DNA from: Candidatus Multivoradales bacterium
Lineage (GTDB): Bacteria; Acidobacteriota; Thermoanaerobaculia; Multivoradales; J023
Length of the DNA: 64,000 bases
NCBI GenBank assembly: GCA_965250305.1
Contig: CBDFNS010000023.1
Span: 105,346 to 169,345, forward strand
Reading direction: 5' to 3'
Shown here one piece after another: positions 1 to 10,025 of the stretch. Below the pieces are notes generated by a model. That model made no database searches and had not been told where the DNA came from. It saw nothing but the letters and a program-made list of their open reading frames with translations. Numbering within the stretch: the stretch's first letter is position 1; each line of letters begins with the position of its first letter. The position numbers and the translations under genes are program-made.

Positions 1-177
1 TTGGAGGACCTCTCACGTTTGTTCCGCGGGGTGGATATCTACACGCTCGCCGCCTTGGCGCGGACCGTGGATGCGCGCCTGTCTCACGCCAAGGACGAGG
101 CGACCTTGCAACAGATTGCCGTCGCGGTACAGCGCAGGCGACGGATGCTTGGGCGTCCTGACGACGGCCTGGAGTAG
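1..177 (+). CDS. 3' end of an upstream gene running off the window (frame 1, ends TAG 175-177); product unknown
   Basis: Open frame from position 1 translating ...LAALARTVDARLSHAKDEATLQQIAVAVQRRRRMLGRPDDGLE*; GC3-rich codons like the rest of the genome; no recognisable family. Confidence 0.3.
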   Translation: MEDLSRLFRGVDIYTLAALARTVDARLSHAKDEATLQQIAVAVQRRRRMLGRPDDGLE

Positions 178-1251
178 TGGTGTCTCGGCAGGGCGCCGGT
201 GCGCTCGGTTGCCGTAGGCTCTTTGATTTTGGTCCCGTCGTCCGATGAACCCGATGACGCACTTCCATGGGCCGAGTTCGGTCCGTTGGGTGGCGGGACC
301 AGTTTGTTTCGGGCGGGCCGGGCGATCCCCCCTTGTGGTCCCCGGCCTTGGTGTCAGTGACACCTTGAGGCAACGACGATGTTCGCAGCTGCACCCTCCC
401 GCCGCTGCATCGCTTACTCGGGCTTCGTCACCGGGCCACCCTCCTCCCGGCCCGCCCGGATTTGTCGTCACGCGCGAAACCCCAAAGGCCTACAGACCGG
501 CCTCATCAGGCGCGGCCTCATCAGGTACCGGGCAAATATTGGGGAAGAAACAATGACGGGCTTGCGAGCCTCCGGACCGACGTCTTAAAGGGCTCTGATC
601 GGAGGCCTCGAGCACTTGATGGATGGGCAGATCGGGCGGATTCGGTCGTTCATGAACGTTCGAATCCGCGCGAAATCGGCCACTTCTGGCGTCCGCGCAG
701 GCTTCGCCCGCGCGGTGGGTGATCCCACCGTGCGACGACCAACCGGAGCGCCACGCCGCGCGGCTATCCAGGCTCGAGCCGCAGCGGCTCAACGAACGGC
801 AGGGGCGGCGGGAAGCAGTTCTCGGGGAAGGTGATGGCGATGTCTCCCGCTGCGAGCCGCTCGGCGGCGATGCGGTATTCCGCGAGGCAACGAAGACAAT
901 CAGGCGGCACCTGATCGGCCGGGCACAATGAACCGCCAGCTCACCAGCTCATGAGCGCTGAAGATCGGCATTTCACTGGAGCCATGCGACTTACGGCGTT
1001 GTCATTACCTGAGGCGATCGATCCATGAGACAGGCGCTTGTCGCATAGGCGATTTGGGCAGCGACGGTGCGTTGTGCGCACAGAGGAGGCCTTCATTGAC
1101 ACTGCGATAGCAGCTTGTCTAGGATGATATGGCCTTTGTGTTCAACCGTTTGCGGCTCGCGGGGTCGCGAGTGCTTCTGGATTCGAATGTGGTCAGAGGT
1201 GAGCCGATCGAACGAGAAGAATAGACGCTCAATCTGAGGTTCGCTCTAGAA

Positions 1252-1788
1252 ATGGGACTCTTCGATAAAGCATTCGGGAAGAAAGTCGCTGAGGAGATCA
1301 CTCCCTCATGTGACGACGCCTACAACAAACTGCTTAACGATTGCGTGGCCGAGGTCGAAGGGAAGAATCAGAAACTGGCCGATGAGTTCGGGCTCGGAAG
1401 TTTCGAACGATGGGATATTGATCAAGAGATTGGCGAGCTAGTATTCTCCGACAGTGGCGTCCCGAAGCTCGTCTGTTCCGTCACGATGCTTGGGTCGTTC
1501 TCCAATTCGTCAGAGACCTGGATGTGGGGCTGGGCGAATCCATCCTTGCTCGAACCGCTAACACGCGACACCAATGCGCTGAAAGAATATGGAGAACAAA
1601 ACGGAATTGAGGAATTGGTCGTCGAGAAGACTTCAGCAACCGAAGGTGAAGCATGGGCTTTGTCCGCCTTGTCCTGTCGTATCCTCGACGGGTTGGGACT
1701 GTATCGCGGCCCGACAGGAAGCGGTTTCGTGGTCATGATGCTGAAAGGCATCGAACGGAGCGAACAAGGCGATGCACCCAAACCCTGA
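1252..1788 (+). CDS. hypothetical protein (178 aa) in a visibly lower-GC patch
   Basis: Clean ATG ORF; composition about 50% GC versus about 68% around it; no family recognised. Confidence 0.5.
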   Translation: MGLFDKAFGKKVAEEITPSCDDAYNKLLNDCVAEVEGKNQKLADEFGLGSFERWDIDQEIGELVFSDSGVPKLVCSVTMLGSFSNSSETWMWGWANPSLLEPLTRDTNALKEYGEQNGIEELVVEKTSATEGEAWALSALSCRILDGLGLYRGPTGSGFVVMMLKGIERSEQGDAPKP

Positions 1789-2037
1789 CCCGCTGTGGAG
1801 TTGAAAGCTCACACCAACTTCAACCCTAAACTCGCAATCGAAGCTCGCCTCCCGGGCAGGGTTGGGTGATTTTGGTCGTTAGTGCACAATCTGTGGATCC
1901 GCAGCCGACGTCCTGGTGCCGGCGCGTGGTCTCAGCTCGTTTTCACGGCGTCTTTTCGAAGATCTGAGCGCAGCGTACCGCGCCAATGCCTTCGACCTCG
2001 TTGCGAAGGCCCCTCGATTGGATTGGTATTGGGTTGA

Positions 2038-3267
2038 CTACGAGGAGTCGGACGGCAGGCCGATCGTGACACGCAGGTCATCCGGACGGATGTGACGCCG
2101 GATCGCTTCGTCGACTTCCGTGGCGGTTAGAGCGCGCCAGCGTTCAACCACCCAGTTGGGGTCGGAGGGGAGATCGTAGACGGCGGAGTCGGCCAGGTGG
2201 TCTGCCCATTGACGTGCGGTCTCGAGCCGGAAGGGTTGGCTGCCAATCAAGTACGCGCGGGCGTCTTCGAGCTCGCTGGCGGTGAGACCGTGGTCGACCA
2301 GCCGATTCAACTCATCGTGGATCGCCGATTTCACCTTTGGGACCGAGCGGGGAGCGGTGCCGGCGTACACGCTCAATCGGCCGGGATCGTGACCCGCTCC
2401 GGTGGCGGTGCCGACACCGACATCGTAAGCCAAGCCGTCCCTTTCTCGGATCCGGGTTGTCAGCCGGCCGCCCAAGCCACTGCCCGCGCCGAGGGCGACC
2501 GCGACCAGATCGAGCGCGGGCCGATCCGCGTGGGCCCGCGGTACGGTCAAATGGCCAAGGAAAACGTGCGCTTGGTCGCCCGTTCCGAGATCCACCGTTT
2601 GTTCGTCGGGGAACCCTTCAATCGGTAATGCAAGGGGTACCGTGGAGGCTGGCGTTGCTGGTGGCGCCAAGTGGGCAAGACTTCGCTCGAGGTTCTGGCG
2701 AATGCCATCTTCGTCGATGGCGCCGGTCACAACCACCAGGTGCCCGTCGCCGAGCATCCTTCGATGGGCTGTTGCGCACTGCTCGGCGGTGAGTCGCTCG
2801 AGATCTTGGGTGGAGCCGTGTAGAGGGCGGCCGTAGGGATGGGGTTGGTAGAGCTGCTTTGCGAACGCGTAGGCGGTACGGGTATCGGGCTGATCGAAGG
2901 CGCTTTCGAGCTCGGCGGCCGCCTGGAGGCACGCCCACTGACAGCGGTCTTCGGGAAACGAGGGTGTGGTGATCAGCTCGCACAGCCAGGCGAGGGCTTG
3001 GTCGGCGTCGCTGGCCAAGGCATCGACCGAGACACCGATCGACTCGTACGATCCGAATGCCTCGATCGCCATGCCGCGATCTTCGGCATCGCGCGCGATC
3101 TGGCGCCAATCGCGCGACTGTGAGCCCTCGGCCAGCATTCGGCCCGTGACCAAGGATTTGCCAGCATGAGACTCGACGCGGGCGCCCCCCGGCAGCCAAG
3201 CACGCGCGGCGACGATGGGCACGCCTGGCACGTGGCGAACCCGTAGCTGGCGACGGTAGAGCGTCAT
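2038..3267 (-). CDS. M16 family peptidase, non-catalytic/partner subunit (no HxxEH motif)
   Basis: Insulinase-like fold features (..FLGHLTVPRAHADRPALDLVAVALG.., ..AYLIGSQPF..); start ATG 3267 chosen so that it overlaps the stop of the upstream M16 gene (ATGA). Confidence 0.75.
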   Translation of the reverse strand: MTLYRRQLRVRHVPGVPIVAARAWLPGGARVESHAGKSLVTGRMLAEGSQSRDWRQIARDAEDRGMAIEAFGSYESIGVSVDALASDADQALAWLCELITTPSFPEDRCQWACLQAAAELESAFDQPDTRTAYAFAKQLYQPHPYGRPLHGSTQDLERLTAEQCATAHRRMLGDGHLVVVTGAIDEDGIRQNLERSLAHLAPPATPASTVPLALPIEGFPDEQTVDLGTGDQAHVFLGHLTVPRAHADRPALDLVAVALGAGSGLGGRLTTRIRERDGLAYDVGVGTATGAGHDPGRLSVYAGTAPRSVPKVKSAIHDELNRLVDHGLTASELEDARAYLIGSQPFRLETARQWADHLADSAVYDLPSDPNWVVERWRALTATEVDEAIRRHIRPDDLRVTIGLPSDSS

Positions 3268-4541
3268 CGGGCGCTCCGTGGCAAGGACCAACCGATGACC
3301 GCACCGCGCTCTGGCTGCAGGTAGCGCTCGGTGATTTCGTCGAGGTCACGGCGCTCAGCGTCGAGCAAACGCCGCCAGTATCGCTCGGGCTGGCCAAGAT
3401 CAAACAACCCTAAGGCGTAGCAAGCGAGCATGGCCTGTTGATGGACTCGCTCGTGGGCCATGACCCAGTCTGCGAGCAAGATCCGGCGCGCGCGCGCGAT
3501 TTCCTCGGCCGTGGGTGGTGTGGTCGCAAGCGCGGCGAGGCCGTCGAGGACGGCCGCTTCGACCCGTTCGGGCTCGACGCCGGGAAGGGTCTCGAGTGCG
3601 ATCGTCGCGGCGCCGGCGTCGACGGTTTCTTGGACCTCGCACGATACCCAGCTACAGAGCTGGCCCTCGTCGACCAGCGCACGGTGGAGACGGCTGGCAC
3701 GTCCGGCTCCCAATACCGCCAAAACCAAGCGCAGCACGGCTTGGTCCGACGCGCTGGCCGCCGGTGCTGGCAGGGCCAAAAGCATGCGCGCTACCTCGCC
3801 GTGATGCCGTTCGACCCGCACGATGCCGGTGGGGCCGGGGTCGATGGGGGTGACCGCACGGGCCGGCGCTGGGCCGCCGAGGTCGCCAAACGCATGCTCC
3901 ACAAGGCTCAATGCGTTGGGATCAAGATCGCCGGCAAGAACCAATACCGCGTTGGAGGGTCGGTACCAGACGCTGTGGAATGCTCTGAGGGCGGTAGCGT
4001 CTGTGCGTGCCAAGGCCCCTCGGTTGCCGATAACCGGCAGGCCGTACGGATGATCCCGATGGAGGGCAGCGAGCACCGCTTCCTCTAAGGCATCCCACGG
4101 CTCATCCTCGTACATGGCGATCTCTTCCTCGATCACCTGTCTCTCACTGTCGACCTCGGTCGGAATCAGGTTGAGGCCGCGCATGCGACTTGCCTCGATC
4201 TCGAGCGCGGTTTGCCAACGGTCAGCGGCAAACGCAAAGTAGTAAAGCGTGGCGTCATGGCCGGTGAGGGCGTTGTTGGTGCCGCCGAGACGACGCGTGG
4301 TGCGATCGATCTCGCCCGCGGCGTACTCCGGCGTGCCCTTGAACATCATGTGCTCGAGGAAATGAGCCGCACCAGCATGCTCGGCTGGATCGTCCCGTGA
4401 GCCAACCCGGTACAGCAATGCCGTCGTCACCACCGGCGCCTGGGCGTTGTGCACGAGACCGACGGTAAGACCGTTGGCCATGTGCTCGACGCGCACGGGC
4501 GGCAGCACCCGGATCAGGGCGTCGGTACTGAGAGCGGTCAT
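3264..4541 (-). CDS. M16 family zinc peptidase, catalytic subunit (pitrilysin/insulinase-like)
   Basis: Inverted zinc-binding motif HFLEH (..AAHFLEHMMFKGT..) near the N-terminus, which is typical of M16 peptidases. Confidence 0.85.
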   Translation of the reverse strand: MTALSTDALIRVLPPVRVEHMANGLTVGLVHNAQAPVVTTALLYRVGSRDDPAEHAGAAHFLEHMMFKGTPEYAAGEIDRTTRRLGGTNNALTGHDATLYYFAFAADRWQTALEIEASRMRGLNLIPTEVDSERQVIEEEIAMYEDEPWDALEEAVLAALHRDHPYGLPVIGNRGALARTDATALRAFHSVWYRPSNAVLVLAGDLDPNALSLVEHAFGDLGGPAPARAVTPIDPGPTGIVRVERHHGEVARMLLALPAPAASASDQAVLRLVLAVLGAGRASRLHRALVDEGQLCSWVSCEVQETVDAGAATIALETLPGVEPERVEAAVLDGLAALATTPPTAEEIARARRILLADWVMAHERVHQQAMLACYALGLFDLGQPERYWRRLLDAERRDLDEITERYLQPERGAVIGWSLPRSAR

Positions 4542-5395
4542 GCGACCGGTCCGAGCGCGGGTGGCTCGACTCCGGAGGCCTGGCCCGGGCGTGCGAGTCG
4601 GTGCTCGCTCCAGCGCACGAATGCCTCCGCTTGGTTCGACCAGCCGAGTCGTTCAATGGCAATCGAGTGCGCGTCGATTTGTAGCCAGTTGGCAGTGCAG
4701 TGGCCATGCTCGCTGCCGCGGCCGCGACTGGAGGTGGAGGTACCACTGTGGATCAACGGTACCGGTACCCGTCCGCTCGGGTAGTAGGCTTCTGTGGTCG
4801 TGATGAAGGCCTGGTGAAAGTGGCCCGCCAATACGGCATCAACGCGATGTTCGGCAAAGAGGGCGGCCATCTCCACCGCCCGTCCGACGACCCGTCGGTT
4901 GTCGAATCGTGGTGCGGGCACCAGGGGATGGTGGATGACGACGACCTTGGCTTGTTCTGGGCGTGATGCCGCCAGGCGCTGATCGAGCCGGCGCAACTGT
5001 CTTCCCGTTACTCGACCGTCTTTGACCGTCCAGTTGAACGCGGAGTTGACCCCAATCGCCAGAACATGATCGTCGTCGAAGATCGGCTCGAGCTCTTCTG
5101 CGTAGTGGCGTTGATAGGCCCCGTAGGGACTCAAGAGCCGCTCCCAGACGCGATACATGGGGACGTCATGGTTGCCGGGAACGGCCAAGGTTGGCACCCC
5201 GAGTGGGCCCTCGATCGCATCGCAGAAGGTCCGCGCTTCACGAAATTGCTCCGGTTTGGCGCGCTGGGTGAGGTCGCCGGAGATGATCACCAGATGGGGA
5301 CGGCGACGTTCGAGTAGGGCCAAGACACCGGCTGAGACCTCCGGACGATGCCGAGGGCCGAAGTGAATGTCGGAGAGATGAAGAAGCTCGAGCAT
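4538..5395 (-). CDS. calcineurin-like metallophosphoesterase
   Basis: Starts MLELLHLSDIHFG (D-x-H), followed by GDLTQ, GNHD and HHP motifs; the long N-terminal extension in the ORF track is probably non-coding; ATGA overlap with the downstream M16 gene. Confidence 0.8.
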   Translation of the reverse strand: MLELLHLSDIHFGPRHRPEVSAGVLALLERRRPHLVIISGDLTQRAKPEQFREARTFCDAIEGPLGVPTLAVPGNHDVPMYRVWERLLSPYGAYQRHYAEELEPIFDDDHVLAIGVNSAFNWTVKDGRVTGRQLRRLDQRLAASRPEQAKVVVIHHPLVPAPRFDNRRVVGRAVEMAALFAEHRVDAVLAGHFHQAFITTTEAYYPSGRVPVPLIHSGTSTSSRGRGSEHGHCTANWLQIDAHSIAIERLGWSNQAEAFVRWSEHRLARPGQASGVEPPALGPVA

Positions 5396-5522
5396 GGCAG
5401 GCGGGGGGGCAACCTGTTGGTTGGAAGGAGAATATCGGGATCGCGCGGCCCTGGAGAAGTGCCACCGTTGACCGGCGCTCACGGTTCTGTGCGCCGCCGG
5501 GATCCCTTGTTCCGAATGTGGT

Positions 5523-5765
5523 TTATTCGGGTTGGCTACGGCGCCGGTCGAGGACACCCGTAATGTTGCGCGTGACCTCGTCAGCCGCAAAGTTCGTGAC
5601 CGACGAGAACAGGTGAGCGCCGCGGGCGCGGGCGAGCAAGAATCCGACACCAGCGGCGACGATGATCGCGACCTTGGGATAGGCCCGAACCTTGGCCCGC
5701 CAGTCGAGTTCGTCTGGCAGTAGCTCGTCGATGACCCCGTCGGCCCAAACGTGATCGTTACTCAT
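5523..5765 (-). CDS. small membrane protein (80 aa), possibly YqjE-like partner of the DUF883 gene
   Basis: ATG overlaps the upstream stop (ATGAGTAA); one predicted TM helix (KVAIIVAAGVGFLLA). Confidence 0.45.
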   Translation of the reverse strand: MSNDHVWADGVIDELLPDELDWRAKVRAYPKVAIIVAAGVGFLLARARGAHLFSSVTNFAADEVTRNITGVLDRRRSQPE

Positions 5766-6276
5766 CTTCGTACCCCACATCGAAATCGATGTCGTCTCCG
5801 TCGTCGAGCCGGCGGAAGGCCAAGCCGAAGACGAAGCCAGCCAGGGCGGCGATGAGGATGGTCTTGCCGGGGTGGACGCGCACATAGTCCGAGAGGTCAT
5901 CCGCGGCGCCCTCGACGTTGTCCCGCACCTGATCGTAGCCCTCTCGGAGCTGAACCACGGTTTCGTCGTAGCGCTCGCGGGTGGCTCGGCCGGCATGGGC
6001 CGCACGATCGCCGGCTTGGTCGCGCCACTCCTCACCCCGCTCGCGCGCCACGTCCGACGCCGATCGAATGCGGCCGCCAATCGTACCAGCGGCGCCTCGG
6101 AATCGCTCTCGCGCGTCGTTCAGCCGGGTGCGGGCTGCCTCTCGGCCACGCTCCACGACATCGGCCGCTGCGGCGCGGGTGCGATCGATCGAGCGCACGT
6201 TATCCGCGGGTTGGGCCTCGTCGGTGGTGCCGTCAGTGGTGTCGTCGGTGGGTTGGTCGTCGTCGTCGTGGTTCAT
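5758..6276 (-). CDS. DUF883 / YqjD-ElaB-like membrane-anchored protein
   Basis: Acidic N-terminus (MNHDDDDQPTDD...), coiled-coil middle and a C-terminal TM anchor (GKTILIAALAGFVFGLAF); architecture of the ElaB/YqjD family. Confidence 0.6.
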   Translation of the reverse strand: MNHDDDDQPTDDTTDGTTDEAQPADNVRSIDRTRAAAADVVERGREAARTRLNDARERFRGAAGTIGGRIRSASDVARERGEEWRDQAGDRAAHAGRATRERYDETVVQLREGYDQVRDNVEGAADDLSDYVRVHPGKTILIAALAGFVFGLAFRRLDDGDDIDFDVGYEDE

Positions 6277-6382
6277 GGGGGTCCTCCAGATCGCCGAGCA
6301 CGTTATCCTATCGGATACGTGTCTCGCATGACGTGTTGGTTGCGCCGCCGTGGAGTAGTCGAGTTGGTTATCGATCCGGGTT

Positions 6383-7594
6383 ATGGTCAGAGAGATGATG
6401 GACCTGCGCAAGCTTGATTGGGTTGGGGTGGTTCGGCAGGCCTGGGCCAAAGCGCAGAGCGATGATCTGGTTCAACGCAGCGCTGCACTGGCGTTCTTGA
6501 CCATGGTGTCCTTGGTGCCGCTGCTGGCCGCGTTGTCCTATCTGGGGGCACGAGCGTTCAGCGGTGCGCAAGACCAGCTGGTGGCCTTTCTGTGGTCCGT
6601 CTTGCCGTACTCGGAGGCCGCGGTCCAGCGCCAGTTGAGTGGCTTCCTCGAGCAGGCCAAGAGCATACGTGGTTTTGGCTTCCTTGGGTTCTTGGTCACG
6701 TCGCTGTTCGCGTTCATCGCGGTCGAGCGCACCATCAATCGGGTGTGGAACGTCAATCAACAGCGGCCCTTTTCGGTGCGCCTGCGGTCCTTCACGCTGG
6801 TGTTGTTCTGGGGCCCGTTGATGATCGGTGCGGCCTACTCGAGTTTGTTCCTGTTGGGTCGGCATCCGTTCCTGAGACCCTTGGTGCCGTTCACCATCAG
6901 CATGGTCGGCTTGACCGTGCTCTATTGGTTGGTACCGTTTACCAAAGTGCATCTCCGCAATGCTGCGATCGGCGGCCTGACCGCCGCGGTGTTGCTCGAG
7001 ATGCTACGCCAGGGATTTGGTTTTTACATCGGCTGGTTCCAACGTCTATCGATCATCTACGGTAGCTTTGGCTTGGCCTTGTTGTTCATGGCGTCGATCC
7101 AGCTGGTGTGGCTGATCGTGTTGCTCGGCAGTGAGGTCGCCTACTGCGTGCAGCATCGCGCGTTGTTTCTGCATCCGCGCGCCAGCACGGCACGGGTGGA
7201 TGCCAGCTGGCTCGGCCTGGTGGCGTTGGTGGCCATCGTCGACCACTTCAGGGTTGGTAGCCCCATCATGCCGCGGTCACAGCTCTGCGCGGTTTTGCGT
7301 ATGGAGGCGTCGGAGGTCGACGCGGTGGTAGAACCGCTGCTGGTTGCTGGGCGATTGGCGCCGAGTAGTGACGGTGAGGGTTTCCTGCTTGCCTGCGATC
7401 CTTATCAGCTACCGGTCGCTGAGGTGTTGGGCGACTACGACAAGGTGCCGGGGCTGAACCTCGACCGGTTGTCGCCCGACCTCGTCGAGCGTCTTACCAC
7501 GCTGCGCAGCGCCCTCGGCGCTGTCCGGACCGCGCACCTCGGGCCACAAACGGTAGCGGAAATCGTCGCGCCCCCTGAAGTATCCAAGGGGTAG
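6383..7594 (+). CDS. YihY/BrkB (virulence factor BrkB / RNase BN-like) family membrane protein with a C-terminal extension
   Basis: Typical segment AALAFLTMVSLVPLLAALSYL and six TM helices, then a roughly 130-aa soluble tail. Confidence 0.8.
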   Translation: MVREMMDLRKLDWVGVVRQAWAKAQSDDLVQRSAALAFLTMVSLVPLLAALSYLGARAFSGAQDQLVAFLWSVLPYSEAAVQRQLSGFLEQAKSIRGFGFLGFLVTSLFAFIAVERTINRVWNVNQQRPFSVRLRSFTLVLFWGPLMIGAAYSSLFLLGRHPFLRPLVPFTISMVGLTVLYWLVPFTKVHLRNAAIGGLTAAVLLEMLRQGFGFYIGWFQRLSIIYGSFGLALLFMASIQLVWLIVLLGSEVAYCVQHRALFLHPRASTARVDASWLGLVALVAIVDHFRVGSPIMPRSQLCAVLRMEASEVDAVVEPLLVAGRLAPSSDGEGFLLACDPYQLPVAEVLGDYDKVPGLNLDRLSPDLVERLTTLRSALGAVRTAHLGPQTVAEIVAPPEVSKG

Positions 7595-7659
7595 GCTTCA
7601 CACGCCCGGAGCAGGTTGCAATCACTCGGCCGTGCGCCTACAATGCGCAATCCCGCTGT

Positions 7660-7735
7660 GGGGCAGTAGCTCAGTTGGGAGAGCACCACGTTCGCATCGT
7701 GGGGGTCGAGGGTTCGAATCCCTTCTGCTCCACCA
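7660..7735 (+). tRNA. tRNA-Ala (anticodon CGC)
   Basis: 76-nt cloverleaf GGGGCAG...CTGCTCCACCA with the G3:U70 alanine identity pair; anticodon loop TTCGCAT; T-arm GGTTCGAATCC; encoded CCA. Confidence 0.9.
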
Positions 7736-7777
7736 TTTCCTTACCCCCGGACCGCGAGAGTCGGGGCTCGGCAAGCG

Positions 7778-9265
7778 TCAACTTTGGTAGAGACGCAGGA
7801 TGCCGATCAGGCTGCGGGGCGCGTGACTACTGATCCGCCACCTCGGGTCGTCGCCGACGAGGGCCTGGGCCGCTTCACGGGCCGCTGGGGTCGCGGCGAT
7901 GATCATGCCCCGGGCGGCGCTACGGGAAGCGGCCAAGCTCCGCACGATGCCATTGAGGCCACGCGGGATGTCGCCGTCTTGCAGCCAGATCATCACCCCA
8001 CCACAAACCGCGACAATGGTCTCGAGTGGCGCTTGGCGGGGTTCGTTGAGTAGCTGTACGTGCAGTGATAGCTTTCCGAGTTCGCTTGCGAACGAAACGC
8101 TACTCGAGCGATCGGTATCGAGTTCTCCAACCAGTTGTCGCAAACCATCTTGTTGCAGGTAGCCCGGTGAGCTTTGCAAGACGGCCTTGATGGTGGGCCA
8201 CGCTTCCGGGATGGCCACCAGCAGGAACGGCAGTGCTTTGGTTTCGAATCCCGCCTTGCGGGCATTGCCCAACAGCGTCGCCACGGTAAGTTCGAAGACC
8301 ATCGAGGTTGAAATCTCACCGGTGGTCATCACATTGGACGATTCCTGGTCTTGCAATGTGACGAAACCTTGCTCGCGCAGCCATGCCACCGTCAAGCGGG
8401 TGATGTTAGGGGCTTCGGCATGGTCCGTGATCAGATCGTAGATCCGAAGGCCCGGCCGTGATCGCAGGCGCTGCAGCACCCGTGCAACCGCCAAGTCGCC
8501 GAGGTCGTCGGGCACCACGGGTTCGACATCGCTGGTCACTTCCAATTTGGCCCCGGTGGCCGGAATGAACTGGCGACGTTTGCTCAGCTCATCGGCCACC
8601 CAAGCGGCGTCGAATAGGAGCTTGTGAAGCGGGACGGTGCTACCGGTCGGCGCGTCGTCCTCGTCGTTCGATGCCTCGAACCGAAACCGTCCACGTTCCA
8701 TGCTCAGCATCGCCAGCAAGGCATGGTGGTTGCTCAGGCCGCGCCAGCGGGCGGTGCCGAGGTCGCCGCGGATGATCTGCGCTTCTCCCGAGTCTTTCTC
8801 GCTGGTGACCACCAAACGCCCACTTCGACCCATATGGTGAACGTATTGGAGCAACTCAGATAGCGGATGACTCGTGAGGTCGCCCGACAGTGCGGGTGTT
8901 GTTTTGCCATGGGACCCGACGTGTTGATCGACCCGGATTTGCAGCTCGTCGAGATCCACTGGCTTGGCGAGCACGTCGTCAGCGCCGGCACGCAACGCGG
9001 CAATGCGATGGTTCCGCACGTCGCGATCTGGCAACGAGATGATCGGCACGTTGCGGGTCGCGGGGGCGGCGCGCAGGGCACGGATCCCCGCCAACGACGG
9101 CGCCTCATGGGCCATGATCACCAAGTCAAACGTACGCTCGGTGGCGATCTCGACTGCCTGCTTACTGCTCTCCGAGAGCAGTACTTTGTGGCCTGCGACT
9201 TGGAGATAGTCGTCAACCACAGCGGCGAAGACGTGATCGCTCTCGATCAAGATAACGGTGGACAT
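7778..9265 (-). CDS. response-regulator receiver domain followed by a DUF4388 (PATAN-like) domain protein
   Basis: N-terminal REC (phospho-acceptor Asp in DLVIMAH, K in LAKP); middle region matches the DUF4388 pattern (PLSELLQYVHHMGRSGRLVV...GEAQIIRGDL...GRFRFE). Confidence 0.75.
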   Translation of the reverse strand: MSTVILIESDHVFAAVVDDYLQVAGHKVLLSESSKQAVEIATERTFDLVIMAHEAPSLAGIRALRAAPATRNVPIISLPDRDVRNHRIAALRAGADDVLAKPVDLDELQIRVDQHVGSHGKTTPALSGDLTSHPLSELLQYVHHMGRSGRLVVTSEKDSGEAQIIRGDLGTARWRGLSNHHALLAMLSMERGRFRFEASNDEDDAPTGSTVPLHKLLFDAAWVADELSKRRQFIPATGAKLEVTSDVEPVVPDDLGDLAVARVLQRLRSRPGLRIYDLITDHAEAPNITRLTVAWLREQGFVTLQDQESSNVMTTGEISTSMVFELTVATLLGNARKAGFETKALPFLLVAIPEAWPTIKAVLQSSPGYLQQDGLRQLVGELDTDRSSSVSFASELGKLSLHVQLLNEPRQAPLETIVAVCGGVMIWLQDGDIPRGLNGIVRSLAASRSAARGMIIAATPAAREAAQALVGDDPRWRISSHAPRSLIGILRLYQS

Positions 9266-9728
9266 GGTGTCGGCTTACTTATGGTACCTGCAGAGTTTAT
9301 GCGAATGGCGGGTCATTCTATCCGACCCGAGAGCCACACCCTATCCGACCCGAGAGCCACACCCAAAGTCCATCGATGGGAAGTTGCCATCGTGGTAGGC
9401 TCCGCGCCCTTCTCGACCATGGATTCGGGTTCGGTGGCAATGGGCCGAGCAGGGCGAGGAATTTACTTGGCCATGTGCCAAAGAGTGAATCTTTGCCTTC
9501 CGTGTAACGTTTGGTGACTCCAAGCGCCCAACGTGTACATGGGCCGACAATCAAGTGGTCAGGATGCCGTCGTGGTGTCGCGATCGTCTCGTTTGTCCGG
9601 CATTGGATTTTGTCTATTGAATTCGAGCGATGAGAGGGAACAAGGCGCGTGCGGAAGGGTGAATGGTGTTGGATCGTCAACCGTATCCATACCTGAAGCC
9701 TCGCCAGGCTGATGATAAGGAGATTCCC

Positions 9729-10025
9729 ATGTCAAAAGTAACATTACGAATCACACCGAACAGACGTCATCGTTCCGGTAGCGCGGAAGTCCACGAGGCG
9801 CCGGCGGCGATTAGCTTCAATGAGCCAGTTCGGATCCGTCTCGAGGTGCCGGCATCGGCCGTCGAGCCTGTGCGCGACGAGAATGGTGATTTGGTCTACC
9901 GATTTGACGTCGTGCTCGACATGACAGGTGCCTCTGGCAATCCCCTGGATGGGGAGATGACGATCACGGACAAGACGGGTACTCACGCTGACTCCGATGA
10001 TCAGGCCGGACCCAGTGGGCCCTAG
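9729..10025 (+). CDS. small hypothetical protein (about 98 aa) immediately upstream of, and overlapping, the CHAT gene
   Basis: ATG at 9729 preceded by AAGGAG with a 6-nt spacer; no family recognised; lower-GC segment. Confidence 0.5.
   Translation: MSKVTLRITPNRRHRSGSAEVHEAPAAISFNEPVRIRLEVPASAVEPVRDENGDLVYRFDVVLDMTGASGNPLDGEMTITDKTGTHADSDDQAGPSGP

Noticed and set aside
13-471. 152-aa minus-strand ORF at the window start
   Set aside because: Low-complexity Gly/Pro/Arg-rich translation; the opposite strand carries a cleaner GC3-rich frame ending at 177. Considered a shadow ORF.
2197-3403. Multiple long ORFs antisense to or out of frame with the M16 peptidase genes (e.g. 2618-3403, 2337-2792)
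   Set aside because: Typical high-GC shadow ORFs with Arg/Pro/Ala-rich translations; the M16 frames have recognisable motifs.
5872-6417. 181-aa plus-strand ORF antisense to the DUF883 gene
   Set aside because: Overlaps the better-supported minus-strand genes (acidic N-terminus + TM anchor architecture). Shadow ORF.
9266-9662. attR-like repeat of the tRNA-Ala 3' end (GCGCCCTTCTCGACCATGG at about 9405)
   Set aside because: Only a loose resemblance to CCCTTCTGCTCCACCA with an indel; too weak to call an integration boundary.
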